Shown piece by piece: positions 28,801-38,989 of a stretch of 64,000 bases of DNA. Location: NCBI GenBank assembly GCA_918797485.1, contig CAKKNE010000001.1, positions 2,976,001-3,040,000 of the forward strand, written 5' to 3'. The translations under genes were made by a program, and so were the position numbers. Below the pieces are notes generated by a model. The model did no database searches. It saw only the letters and a program-made list of their open reading frames with translations, and was not told the origin of the DNA. Each line of letters starts with the position of its first letter. Within the stretch, counting starts at the first letter, position 1. The stretch comes from Pelagomonas calceolata. Taxonomy: Eukaryota.

Positions 28801-29733
28801 TTACGGGGGTTTCCCTAGGCCACAGACATCGATAGCCTGTTCCCCGAACCGCGACCGGCCCTTGGCGCGCATGCCGAGGGGCTTGTGCAAGGCGAGCGGC
28901 GCGGTCGGCCCGGGCCGGCGGTTGCCGTTGTCCAGCGCGAAAGCATCCGCGACGGCCGGCGGCGCCAGCCTGATCTCGGGACAGGTCACGAAAACGTAGT
29001 CCTCCGGCCAGTTCCGGGACGCGTTGTAGAGCCGGGCGCAGCGCCGCATCGCCGCGACGCGCCTCAGACTGAACCCCCCGTTCAGGTGGTAGGGCGCCAC
29101 GTGCTTCCACCGCCGCCGCAGGCGGTCCGTGACGCCGCCCACGTAGTCGAACGGCCCCACGAAATCAGATAGTATACCCGCCGCGCGGGGGCACGCCGCA
29201 ACGTCGAGCTGCGTCACCAGCGTGTAGGCGCAGGGCCGCCGCTCCCAGAACGAAGGGGACGTCAGGACCCGCGAGTACGCGTCGATCGAGGCGACCGCGT
29301 CGGCCCGGACGTCGACGCGCGCGCGCAGCCGCGCGGCCTCCTGCGACCGCTTCGCGCAGGCCAGCGAAGCCCGGGACACGACCAGCGTGTATATCAGATG
29401 GACGGCGCCGGCCTTGAGGTGCGCGGCGTGGTTCGCCAGGAGGGCCTCGAGGCCCTCGGCGTCGCAGGCAAAGTACGCGACGGCCACCTCGACGCACGTC
29501 GCGTTGTGGTTTTCGGCGTAGGGCGGGCCGTACTCGCGCGCCGCCCAGGCCTCCGCCCGTCGCTGGCGCCTCCGGTAGTTCGCCGCGCGGCGGTCGCCGG
29601 GCGCCAGGCGCGTCGCGACGTAGATCGCGGCTGTTATCAACGCGAGCGCTGCGAGCGGCGCCCGGAGGCGCCTCGCGGGCGGCTTACGCGTTTGATGGCT
29701 GCCCCGCCGGCGCAGTTCGCCTAGGGCAGCCAT
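28801..29733 (-). CDS. DUF5672-family glycosyltransferase-like type II membrane protein
   Basis: YSRVLTSPSFWE, LVTQLD, FDYVGG, LNGGFSLRR, PEDYVF, ADAFALD, ALHKP. Confidence 0.75.
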   Translation of the reverse strand: MAALGELRRRGSHQTRKPPARRLRAPLAALALITAAIYVATRLAPGDRRAANYRRRQRRAEAWAAREYGPPYAENHNATCVEVAVAYFACDAEGLEALLANHAAHLKAGAVHLIYTLVVSRASLACAKRSQEAARLRARVDVRADAVASIDAYSRVLTSPSFWERRPCAYTLVTQLDVAACPRAAGILSDFVGPFDYVGGVTDRLRRRWKHVAPYHLNGGFSLRRVAAMRRCARLYNASRNWPEDYVFVTCPEIRLAPPAVADAFALDNGNRRPGPTAPLALHKPLGMRAKGRSRFGEQAIDVCGLGKPP

Positions 29734-30017
29734 ATTTTGGGCAGCCTTTCGGTCAGCTGCTCCGCATCGCGCGGCAGCCACCGATCACGAGCGCGGCAGT
29801 TGCAATCAAACGCGTTGCAGCCGTTTGCGCGCACCATCAAACGCTGGCTCCAAAAGTTGGCCGATCTCGAGGCAGGGATGGCAGGGCTCTAAATTGCAAA
29901 ATATAGTACCTAAATTGCTCGAGACAGGTAGCCGAGCACCCATGCAACTCGTCTCCCCCAAATGCTGCCAAAAATGCGGGGCGGGCAGCCGACGAGAGGG
30001 CGTCGCCTAGGACAATC

Positions 30018-31259
30018 ATGAAGCGCCGCTGCTGCTGGACGCTCACCTGGACGGCCCTCGCCGCGCTGACCGTAGCCTGGCTTTTTGTCGTGGCGCACCA
30101 TGTCCAGAATGCGCCAGTACAGGAGACACCAATGGTCGAGGGCCCCGCGGCGTGCGCGTGCGGCCTCTGCGTCGCGCCGCGGCTGCGCCTCGCAACGAAA
30201 TTGCGGGTCCACATCTTCACGAACGGCCGCGAGAAGGCGGAGACGAGCTGGCGCTTCCGCCATTTGTTAGATCAGGGCCTCGCGGCGCACCCGCGCGTAG
30301 AAATCGTCGGCCGCGAGGCGGACGCCGACGTCGTCCTCTGGCTGCCGCAGTGGACGAACCGCATACCCATGATACAGGAGCCCCGCCGGCGCCTCATTAT
30401 CTTGGACGAGCACGACGACCGGGCGCGCCGCGACGGCGGCTACGGAAGCGACGCGTACCTCGCGTACTACAAGCGCAGCTTCGTGCGCAAGACCGACGGC
30501 GCCTTCGAGGGCCTCTTCGAGGCGCCGCTCGGCGCGCGGACCTACGCCCTCCCCTATTCAATATCGGACGCGTACCTCTCGTCGGATGCTTCCGGCGGGC
30601 GGCCGCTGGATATTGTTTGTACGCTGCGCGTGGGCCAGGGCGTCTACCCCGCGCGCGCGCGGGTCCTGGCCTGGGCGCGGGCCTACGCCGCGGCGCGGAA
30701 TTTGAGCGGGTATTTTGGGGAAGTGACGACGTCGACACGGACGGCGCTGAGCCCCCACTATCTGAGGCTCATGCGCGCCGCGCGGATTGTGGTGACGTGC
30801 AACCCCGGCGACTGGGAGGGCGACTTCCGGACGTGGGAAGCCCTCGCGAGCGGCGCGGCCGTCGTCCGGGACCGGCTCTACGCGCCGACGCCGCACGGCG
30901 GCTTTGGACTGGTCTACGACGCGCGGTCGCGGTCCTCCTTCGACGCCGCGATGGACCGGGCGCACGCGAACGCCGGCGCCCTCGGGCGGCGCGCCCTGGC
31001 GGACGCGCTCGCGCACCACCGCGCGGTGTCGCGCGTCGACTGGCTCCTCGCGTCGGCGACGTCCGCCGCGGCCGGCGCGACGGACGACGCGCGGGCCCTG
31101 GCGCCGCCGCCGCGGCCCGCGGGCCTCCCGCGACCGCCGCCCGTCTCGCCGGAAGTCCTTGCGGACCTCCGGCAGCCATTATTCGTCCGGCCCGACGGCC
31201 GCGCGTTCCGCGGGGCGGCGGCGCGGAGGGAGGCGGGGGCGTTTGTTGGTGAGTTGTAA
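30018..31259 (+). CDS. GT-B fold glycosyltransferase-like type II membrane protein (Glyco_trans_1-like C-terminal domain)
   Basis: N-terminal anchor; YYKRSF, YLRLMRAARIVVTCNPGDWEGDFRTWEALASGA. Confidence 0.7.
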   Translation: MKRRCCWTLTWTALAALTVAWLFVVAHHVQNAPVQETPMVEGPAACACGLCVAPRLRLATKLRVHIFTNGREKAETSWRFRHLLDQGLAAHPRVEIVGREADADVVLWLPQWTNRIPMIQEPRRRLIILDEHDDRARRDGGYGSDAYLAYYKRSFVRKTDGAFEGLFEAPLGARTYALPYSISDAYLSSDASGGRPLDIVCTLRVGQGVYPARARVLAWARAYAAARNLSGYFGEVTTSTRTALSPHYLRLMRAARIVVTCNPGDWEGDFRTWEALASGAAVVRDRLYAPTPHGGFGLVYDARSRSSFDAAMDRAHANAGALGRRALADALAHHRAVSRVDWLLASATSAAAGATDDARALAPPPRPAGLPRPPPVSPEVLADLRQPLFVRPDGRAFRGAAARREAGAFVGEL

Positions 31260-31458
31260 TGTTTGCTTTTGAAATTGTCTCTTGCGAGTCCTCGAAATAC
31301 GCCCCTTCAATCCTCCTACCATTTCAATCTTTCCGAAATTTCAATGTGGGTCGACATACTAGCAAAAGGCTAGTACCTGGCAAAAACAAGACCCCCGGCG
31401 GCAACTTTGCCAAGCACACAACGCCAAAACGAATCGAGTGCATTAAAAAACACTCGCA

Positions 31459-33664
31459 ATGGTGCGCAAGAGCTGTCATCTCGTCCTCCTTGCAACGGCG
31501 TTGCAAGCGGCGGCGATTAGCAGCCGTGGGAGGCCTGCAACCGCGCCCAACTTTTATCCAGCAAAAATCTCGCGGTCGGAGCTGCATCAAAACTCCAACC
31601 GCGCGGTGGTGCGCGACGTCGGGCAAGCGCTGAAAGAGGACGGAATCATCGCCGTTGAAGTGCCGGGCTTCGACGAACTCAACCGCGCGGTGCTTCGAGC
31701 GGCGCACGAGTGCATCGATTCCACCAGTACACCGCAAGCCACCCTCGTGGACGGCACCGTGCGCCGATCGCTGGCCGCGAGCCGCTCCGACAGCGAAGCC
31801 GCCCCGCTCGACGTCCCGGAGACGTGCGCGCCGCTCGCGGCGGCCGAGGCCGAGTTCCGCGCGGCCGTCTGGTCGGTGGCCGAGGCGGTCGCGGCGTGGC
31901 TCGGCGCGATCGACGAGGTCGAGGCGGCGGCGCCGCTGTTAAGAACGCGCGACGGCGCGCCCTACGCGACGGTGTCCGATATAGTTCGCGCGGGCGACCA
32001 CCTCGAGCACTTCCACTCGTGCCGCGCAGTGCACTATTAAATCCACGCCTTCGGCGCGACGTCTACTACACAGGTACCGCAAGGAAAGCGCGTCCCCGGA
32101 AGCCACGATAGACCTGCACACGGACCAGGGACTCTTCATCGCCTTCACGCCGGCGCTCACGGTCGGCGCCGAGGACGTCTCGGCGGCGACGTTCACGCTC
32201 GAGCGCCGCGACGGGAGCCGCGCGGAGGTGGCCCTCGACGCGCCCCGCTACGCGTCGTGCGTCTTCGTGATGTTAGGGGATGGCGTCGCGCAGTACGCCG
32301 CCGGTCGCGAGGCCGGCCTCCGGGCGGCGCCGCATGCCCTGGAGATGCACTCGAACGTCGACCGCGCCTGGTACGGGCTCATGGTGCTCCCGCCCGACGC
32401 CGCCGTGTCGCCGCTCCACGGCGACAAGACCTTCGGCGAGCTCAAGAAATTAACGCGCGCGGGCGACGCCGACGCGGCCCACGTCGGCTGCTCGCGGAAC
32501 CTCGCGGCGCGGGAGCTGGCCGAGGAGGCCTGCGCCGCGGACCAACTGTACTGCTGGTACCGCTGCATGGACCTTGTGAACCACGACGGCGACGCCGTGT
32601 CCGAGGAGATCTGCGCGGACCAGGGCTACGCGCACCTGAACTGCACGGACGTCTTCCGCCAGCCGAGCGACGGCTTCAGCCACGGCGACTACTACCCCCA
32701 GTGCACGAACTACGTCCACGACGCGACGCCGTTCCCGTCGATCGCGCCGGCCGACGAGGAGCTCTGCGGCGACGCCTACGAGGCCGAGGCCGCGGCCGAC
32801 GCGGCGGCGCACGCGGGGTCCGTCGACCTCATTTACGAGGGCCGGTCCTGGCAGGCGGCCTACTTCGTGCCCTACACAGTGGGTCAGCTCGCTTGGTCTG
32901 TGTCTTCCGATAGCAAGCGCGTGACGATCTCGCACCTGACGTCCGGGCGTGTCGGATGGATGGCCATTGGTTTACGTCATCCCGATGGCAAGAAGAACGG
33001 CATGAACGGCGCTCCTGTGATCATGGCGATTCCCGGGGGAGGCGCAGTCGATGGCTTCGCGGACGTCGACCAGTACCGCATCGACGACGAGCAGTCGTCC
33101 TTCCGGCACTGGTACGCCACGGACCCCGGCGCGGACCTGACGGACGCGTCGCTGGAGGTGGGCGAGGGCAACTGCTTCGCGCGGGCCACGTACACGCTCG
33201 GCTCGTTCAGTAGCGAGGACCCCTTCGACGCCTCGACGTGCACGGACCTCATCTGGGCGGTGTCCACGGACTCGGACTTAGCCTCGGACCCGCTCTTTCT
33301 CGCGCGCGGCATGCACGAGACTAGAGGGCACCTACGCGTCAACTTTCTCGCGGCCGACGGCGTCTGCGCCGAGGAAGACGACGGTGCCACTGACGACGCT
33401 GGCGCGACCGACGACGCTCCGGCCCCGACCGACGACGGCGCACTCGAACCGCAGAGCAAGAAGAAGAGCTCGAGCTCGTCGGGCCCCGACACCGCACTAG
33501 TCGCGGGCGTCGTCGTCGCGGCCTCTGTGGCACTCATCGCGCTTGGCGTGGCCGGCGCGTACCTCTTCCGCCGCCGTGGCGCGGCGGGGCCCGACGATCT
33601 GGCCGTCAAGGGCGAGTCCATCGAGACCGAGGAGGAGTCGAAGGAGCAGCCCGCGACGGACTGA
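31459..33664 (+). CDS. Membrane-anchored extracellular protein: 2OG-Fe(II) oxygenase-like domain + Cys-rich linker + DOMON-like domain; 2 exons 31459-32018 and 32074-33664
   Basis: Signal peptide; splicing a GT-AG intron (32019-32073) gives HLEHFHSY...LHTDQGLFIAFTP...MLGDG...APHAL...RAWYG; DOMON-like GWMAIGL..GMNGA..LIWA..HETRG; C-terminal TM followed by RRR. Confidence 0.7.
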
Positions 33665-33747
33665 GGCGTTTGCGCGGGACATTCCTTTCCCCCCGCGCCC
33701 TCATGTAAGTGCACGAACGTGAACACAGTTACACAGAGCGAACACAA

Positions 33748-34377
33748 CTATCCGGCCGCCTTTCGCCTCCGTTCCGCGGCCGCCTCGACGACGTCGAGGA
33801 TCACGTCGCGCGCCGCCGCCACGTCCGCGTCCGCGGCGCCGAAGCGCCGCGCCCAGCCCGTGGTTACGGCCCCGGTGCCCGGGTCGCTCGCGGCCTCGCG
33901 CGCGACGTCGACGGCCGCGGCCGCGACGGCGACCGGCCGCGCCGCGCGGCACGCGGCCGAGAACAGCGCGTCGTTCGCCAGGCACAGGGCGAGCTGCGCC
34001 GTCGCCGGCCGCAGCGTCAGCGCGTGCGCCAGCGCGAGCGCGAGCGCGAGCGGCGTCTCCATCGAAGCGTCAAAGCACAGCTCCCGCAGCGCGGCCTGCT
34101 CGGCGTCCACGAGGTCGGCCTTGGCGTCATGGTACGCCTCATCCAAATCTTTGACGCCGCCGGCGGGCGCGACGGCGTTGAGCACGTCGCGCACGCGCCG
34201 CGGCTGCTCGTCGGCCTTGCCCGCGAGGAACAGCGACGCGGCCGCGACGGCCGATTTCGGCTCGACGCCCTGGAGCCGGTGGTGCAATAATACACATTTT
34301 TGCGCCGTCTCCGGCGCGTAGCGCAGCCGGGCTGCTGCCACGAGCAGGTCTTTGGTCGTGTCGAGGTGCTCTGCCAT
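33748..34377 (-). CDS. Transcription-type cyclin (cyclin L/Q-like)
   Basis: VAAASLFLAGKADEQPRRVRDVLN and AEQAALRELCFD. Confidence 0.75.
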   Translation of the reverse strand: MAEHLDTTKDLLVAAARLRYAPETAQKCVLLHHRLQGVEPKSAVAAASLFLAGKADEQPRRVRDVLNAVAPAGGVKDLDEAYHDAKADLVDAEQAALRELCFDASMETPLALALALAHALTLRPATAQLALCLANDALFSAACRAARPVAVAAAAVDVAREAASDPGTGAVTTGWARRFGAADADVAAARDVILDVVEAAAERRRKAAG

Positions 34378-34521
34378 GTTGGCTTTTTGACCTCCCAGCC
34401 TGGCCTGCTTACCACCTACTCAAAATAGTGGTGCAGATGCTACGAGCAGCTGCGTGCGAACTGCTCCATGCCTACTTTTATCGCTCTACGCGGTCAGACC
34501 GCCTCGTTTTCCCAATTGCTG

Positions 34522-34573
34522 GCTAGCGGCATGAAGATACTAGCCTAAGGCTAGTGTCTTACATGCCGCTAGC
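34522..34573. promoter_or_regulatory. Inverted pair of CTAG-bounded elements (52-bp quasi-palindrome) in a divergent promoter
   Basis: GCTAGCGGCATGAAGATACTAGC ctaag GCTAGTGTCTTACATGCCGCTAGC. Confidence 0.6.
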
Positions 34574-34688
34574 AGCATTTTTGGGTGAAAAAGCTAAGAA
34601 GAGCACAGAGCTCAAGGGCAGGAGTGAGCTGTGGTGCTGCGCTGGCCATTAGCCAAGCCTCGGAGCTGCCATAGCCAGAGCATCAACA

Positions 34689-35489
34689 ATGAATCCGCAA
34701 GTACATTTTGGCTCCACACCATATAACATCGGTACTGGGCTCATCGTAGACGCGCGACGCCTAGGACGCCTTGGCAATGGCATCTTCGTGTACGACGACC
34801 GCGGCGAGCCCGAGATGCTGGGTCGCACCGTGTGGCTGGAGGTCGCGTTCGGCTCGGGCTGGGCCTTGCACGCGCTCACTGCCAAAACTCTAGCCAACGA
34901 TACACCGCAAGGCGTGGTCTTGGCAAACAGCGGTCGTTCGAAGGATTTGAAGCGCGAGTACTGCCGGCACCGCGTGGACGACTTCTACGAGATTCCGCCC
35001 GGCGACCGCGTCGTCCGCGTCACCGGCCATCACATGGCCGGGTTGCCGGGGGACTACCTCTGCTTCGACATCGACCTGCACCTCGCCTCCGGCCGCGTCA
35101 TCAGCGCGGCCGGTGACAACGGCGACTGGTGCGGCGAGGCGTTTGAGTACGTCTGTCCGCCGGGCCACGCGGTCTTATATCCCGTCTTCCGCGCCGGGAA
35201 GTGCGACGGCCTCCTAGTCATGGAGACGTCGCTCTACGAGCCCTGGACGCCGCGAACGCATCGCCTGCTGAAGGCGCCACCGGCGGCGCGCGCTATTGTC
35301 GAGAGTTGCCAAGTCGCGAGAACGAAGGGGCTTCCCGCCGACGCCTGGTGCCACATCCTCGGGTTCCTCCGCGGGTATGATCTTCTCGAGCCGGCCCTGT
35401 CGCGCACCTTCGGCGCGAGCCACTGGCACGAAGTCTCTTTGGATATCCACCTGCGGGTTACACCGACCGCTTCCAATACTAATGTGTAA
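34689..35489 (+). CDS. Hypothetical protein (possible jacalin-like beta region; C-terminal LP..W..IL.FL motif)
   Basis: Open frame with coding-like codon use; the domain guess is weak. Confidence 0.45.
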   Translation: MNPQVHFGSTPYNIGTGLIVDARRLGRLGNGIFVYDDRGEPEMLGRTVWLEVAFGSGWALHALTAKTLANDTPQGVVLANSGRSKDLKREYCRHRVDDFYEIPPGDRVVRVTGHHMAGLPGDYLCFDIDLHLASGRVISAAGDNGDWCGEAFEYVCPPGHAVLYPVFRAGKCDGLLVMETSLYEPWTPRTHRLLKAPPAARAIVESCQVARTKGLPADAWCHILGFLRGYDLLEPALSRTFGASHWHEVSLDIHLRVTPTASNTNV

Positions 35490-35532
35490 CTAAGAAACAT
35501 ACCAAGATATTATTTACAACAACAGGACATCA

Positions 35533-36828
35533 TCACCGCGGCCCGGACGCATGCCGCATCCACGCGTTCGCGAGGAGCGCGGCCGCGGCGCCCGCGGCGA
35601 ACGCAACGACCACGGACCCATTCGCCGGAGCCTCATTCGCGTCGACCCGGAGGGACCCCACGCGCGGGGCGACGGCGCAGTCGCGGTCCCGCACCCAGGC
35701 CGTCGCCGCCAGGAAAGCATCCACGGGGCACAGCTCTTGACCCGGGCAGCCGGCGAGCGTCCGATACGCGCCGTCGTAGGCGACGCGGACGGCGTCCGAA
35801 CCGCCCGGGCGCGTCCACGTCTCGACGACGACGGCCGCTGCGTAGGGCGCCCACGCCCCGTCGTAGTCGGTCGTGAGCGCGACGAGGAGCGGCATGAGCG
35901 TCGTGTCGTGCGCGAGGAAGACCGACAGGCCCGTGCTGTTGACGAGGCGCGCGCGCAGCGCGGCGACGAGCGGGCTCGTTACGGTGCGGGCGTAGCGCGG
36001 CGTGAGCTTGGAGGCCTCGCGGCGCTCCATCGCCGCGATCAGCGCGTCGACGTCGTCGCGCGGCGGTGCGAACGCCCGCCGCGCGCACGCCGCCGCCGCG
36101 ACGCAGTCCATCAGGTGGCCGCCGGCCATGCCGTCGTCCAGCCCAAAGTCCACGGGTCCTCCGATCGCCGGCGCCAGTTTTGTAGCGAGCGCGCCGAGGT
36201 CGCTCGCGTTGCGCGCGACGAACGCCGGGGCGGCGAAGGCTGCGCGTTCGAGGGCGGCCAGCGCCGGGCACTCGTTACTGTTCGGGTAGATCCAGTCCGT
36301 CGCGAAGGCGGGCGCGCGGAGGTCGCGCGGGTCGGCCGACGGCGCGAACGCGTCGGCGAGCGCCTCGGCGGACCGGCGCGTCCGCGGCAGGTCCGACGAG
36401 CGCAATGTTATATGATCGGTCGGGAGCTTGCCAACGGCCCCCGGCGCCCAGTAGGCCTCGCGCAGCGCGCGGCCGAGCGCGCGGTGCTGCGCGAAGCCTT
36501 CTTCCAGGAGTTCGCCGGGCCCGCACTCGTCCTTCACTCCGCTGCGGAGCCGGTACGTGCTTCCGCTCGACACGCCCTCGACGGCCTCGCCGGGACAGGT
36601 CCACGCCGCGCCGGCGGCGGCGGGCAGCCAGCGGCCGCAGTCGGCGACGGGCGCGCGGGCGCCGTGGCGCGCGACGACTTGCACACTTTTCAAGCTGGCT
36701 TCTGTCTGCGGCGCTCGCAGCCCGTCTACGCCCGAGCCAGCGCGGCCGCAGTACTTAGGCGTTCCTGCACTGGCCAGTGCTGCTGTCAGCAGGGCCGTGA
36801 GCAATGGCAGGGCTGTGAGCAATAGCAT
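35533..36828 (-). CDS. Secreted/membrane-anchored histidine acid phosphatase (branch 2)
   Basis: RHGARAP catalytic motif, GELLEEGFAQHRALG, RSSDLPRTRRSA, AHDTTL; signal peptide and hydrophobic C-terminus. Confidence 0.9.
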   Translation of the reverse strand: MLLLTALPLLTALLTAALASAGTPKYCGRAGSGVDGLRAPQTEASLKSVQVVARHGARAPVADCGRWLPAAAGAAWTCPGEAVEGVSSGSTYRLRSGVKDECGPGELLEEGFAQHRALGRALREAYWAPGAVGKLPTDHITLRSSDLPRTRRSAEALADAFAPSADPRDLRAPAFATDWIYPNSNECPALAALERAAFAAPAFVARNASDLGALATKLAPAIGGPVDFGLDDGMAGGHLMDCVAAAACARRAFAPPRDDVDALIAAMERREASKLTPRYARTVTSPLVAALRARLVNSTGLSVFLAHDTTLMPLLVALTTDYDGAWAPYAAAVVVETWTRPGGSDAVRVAYDGAYRTLAGCPGQELCPVDAFLAATAWVRDRDCAVAPRVGSLRVDANEAPANGSVVVAFAAGAAAALLANAWMRHASGPR

Positions 36829-36938
36829 GTTTGCGAGCGCTGCTTCGTCCGGTTGCGTTGGCTGGCGGACAGAGCGATGCCAGATAGTGCTTTTAGCGCA
36901 GCGGAGCGTCCTTGCGCTTGCTTGGCGCTTAACATCGA

Positions 36939-36964
36939 GCTAGCGACATGTAAGACACACTAGC
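36939..36964. promoter_or_regulatory. CTAG-bounded element copy (reverse orientation)
   Basis: GCTAGCGACATGTAAGACACACTAGC between divergent starts 36828 and 37082. Confidence 0.5.
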
Positions 36965-37081
36965 GGTCCTGAGAGCCTGCAATAATAAAAAGGGGTCGCA
37001 CAGCTGCCACACATAACCAATCGGTTTTAAACACATCGGGAAGCCTTTGGCATTTTGTGCTGCCAGCGCCAACAGCTGGGC

Positions 37082-38101
37082 ATGGCCGACAGCGATGGCC
37101 ACGACAATGAGCTAGTGGTCGTACCAGGCGGCAGCCTCGCCGCGCCCTACGTCGCGCAGTCCAAAAAGCGCAAGCGCACGGCGATATACGAGAACGAGCC
37201 CGGGCTGCACGCCTTCGCGCGCGCGTGCTTCGGCCGGTTGCCCGCCTCCCTGCCGCGGATTGCGCTCCCAGCGCCTCTCGACGCGCGCACGGCCGCCGGC
37301 GAAGCCGTCGCGGTGGCGGTCGCGCGCGGAGGCGATTCCCGAGACCCGCTCCGGCCGGTCCACGAGACGTACACGTTGGATGAGGTCGTCGACCGGGTGC
37401 TTCAGGGGCCGTCGGCGCGCTTCGACGTCGAGGCGGTCGGCGCGTGCGCGCTCCCGCCCGGCGGTGCGACGCTGCTCGCCGACGTCTCGCGCTGGGCGGC
37501 GCTGCTCCCGCGAACACGCGAGTACACGTGCATCGTCGCGGACCCGCCCTGGCCGTCGCGGTCGGCGGCGCGGCGCGGGGCCTACGACACGGCGCGCGAC
37601 GCGTGGCGCGCACCCCTTCGGAAGTTGCCAGTTGGACGGCTCGCCGCATCGTCCGGCGCGGTCGTCGCGGTCTGGGTCACGAACGACCGCAAGGTCGCCG
37701 ACTGGGTCGCGAAGACGCTCTTCCGCGCCTGGGGCGTGCGGCACGTCGGCACGTGGTACTGGCTCAAGTGCGCGTCGGACGGGTCCCCCGTGCTGCCGCT
37801 GGACGAGCACGCGGAACGCAAGCCCTGGGAGCCCCTCGTCGTCGGCGTCGTCAACGCCGCCGGCGCCGTCGACGGCGACGCCTGGGCCCCGCTCGGCGCC
37901 TCGTGGCTCCGCCGCGTGCCGGTCCGGCGCGCCGTCGCGAGTGTCCCCGGACCGCATTCGGCGAAGCCTCGCCTCGACGCGGCGCTCGCGCCGTGCTTCC
38001 GCGCGGGCGCGCCGCCGTTCCGGGGCCTCGAGCTCTTCGGGCGAGGCGCGTTCGAGTCCTGGACGGTCGCGGGGGACCAGGCGCTGCCGCTCGCCGCGTA
38101 A
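37082..38101 (+). CDS. METTL4: METTL4-like MT-A70 adenine methyltransferase
   Basis: CIVADPPWPSRSAARRGAY, VAVWVTN, WYWLK, RKPWEPL, HSAKP, LELFGR. Confidence 0.8.
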   Translation: MADSDGHDNELVVVPGGSLAAPYVAQSKKRKRTAIYENEPGLHAFARACFGRLPASLPRIALPAPLDARTAAGEAVAVAVARGGDSRDPLRPVHETYTLDEVVDRVLQGPSARFDVEAVGACALPPGGATLLADVSRWAALLPRTREYTCIVADPPWPSRSAARRGAYDTARDAWRAPLRKLPVGRLAASSGAVVAVWVTNDRKVADWVAKTLFRAWGVRHVGTWYWLKCASDGSPVLPLDEHAERKPWEPLVVGVVNAAGAVDGDAWAPLGASWLRRVPVRRAVASVPGPHSAKPRLDAALAPCFRAGAPPFRGLELFGRGAFESWTVAGDQALPLAA

Positions 38102-38341
38102 GTTTTGTCGTGTGTGTGCCTCGAGGCCTCTTAATAATCGCGCACGCCTCTCTCGATGGCGTGAGGCACAAAACCCGCGAGTTGCGGAATCGGCGGCTGA
38201 TTCTGGTCTGGCGCGCCTCGCAAGGCACCTCGGGCGCCCCACTCGTCTTCAAAAGGGAATTGCAGCTCCACCGAGGCTGCCCCGCTCGCACCATGGCCCT
38301 CGGGCGGCCCGGACGATGACCGGGCCCCCAGAGTAGCTGCC

Positions 38342-38989
38342 ATGGCGGAGGAGGCCAAGGACGCGACGGCCGTCGTCGTCGCGCGCGCGCCGCCGGGCGA
38401 CCCAAAAATCGCGAGCGTCGGCCTGCGGCGCTCGAACCGCGACGACGACTCGCCCTTCGCCGCCGTCGCGTCGGCGCTCGAGTTCCAGGACCGATCGATG
38501 TGCTGCGTCCGGCGCGCGCGGCCGTCGGATTGTTTAAGAAGGCGCTGCGCGGACTTCGTGGCCCACTTCCCGGACCACTTCCGCGAGGAGGTCCTCGGCC
38601 AGGCGCCCCAAGCGTACGCGGCGTGGCTGTCGAAGGCGGATTTAAATAGGCACCGCTGCGGCGAGCCCGAGCTGGTCGCGCTCGCCGAGACGCTGGGCCT
38701 CGAGATCGCCGTCTGGTCGACGCTGTTCGAGGGCGACGCGCCGCTCGTCTACAAGCCCGTGAACCCGATTCGGCGCGCGCACCTCCTGTTCAGCGGGGCC
38801 CACTACGACCTGATCGTGGCGCGCGCGACGTCGGGCGCCGTCGCGGCGACGTTCGACGTGGAGGACGTCGCGAGCGCGCGCGCGATCCGAAGGAGGGTGG
38901 GCGACGCCGTGCGCCGCTGGCGCGCGGCGAACGGCGACTGCTACTGGGCGCACGCGAACGACGCGCGGCACCCGCCGCTGCTGTCCTAA
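38342..38989 (+). CDS. OTU-fold protein with Ser in place of the catalytic Cys
   Basis: DDDSPFAAV (canonical DGNCLF.A), GEPELVALAE, HLLFSGAHYD. Confidence 0.6.
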   Translation: MAEEAKDATAVVVARAPPGDPKIASVGLRRSNRDDDSPFAAVASALEFQDRSMCCVRRARPSDCLRRRCADFVAHFPDHFREEVLGQAPQAYAAWLSKADLNRHRCGEPELVALAETLGLEIAVWSTLFEGDAPLVYKPVNPIRRAHLLFSGAHYDLIVARATSGAVAATFDVEDVASARAIRRRVGDAVRRWRAANGDCYWAHANDARHPPLLS

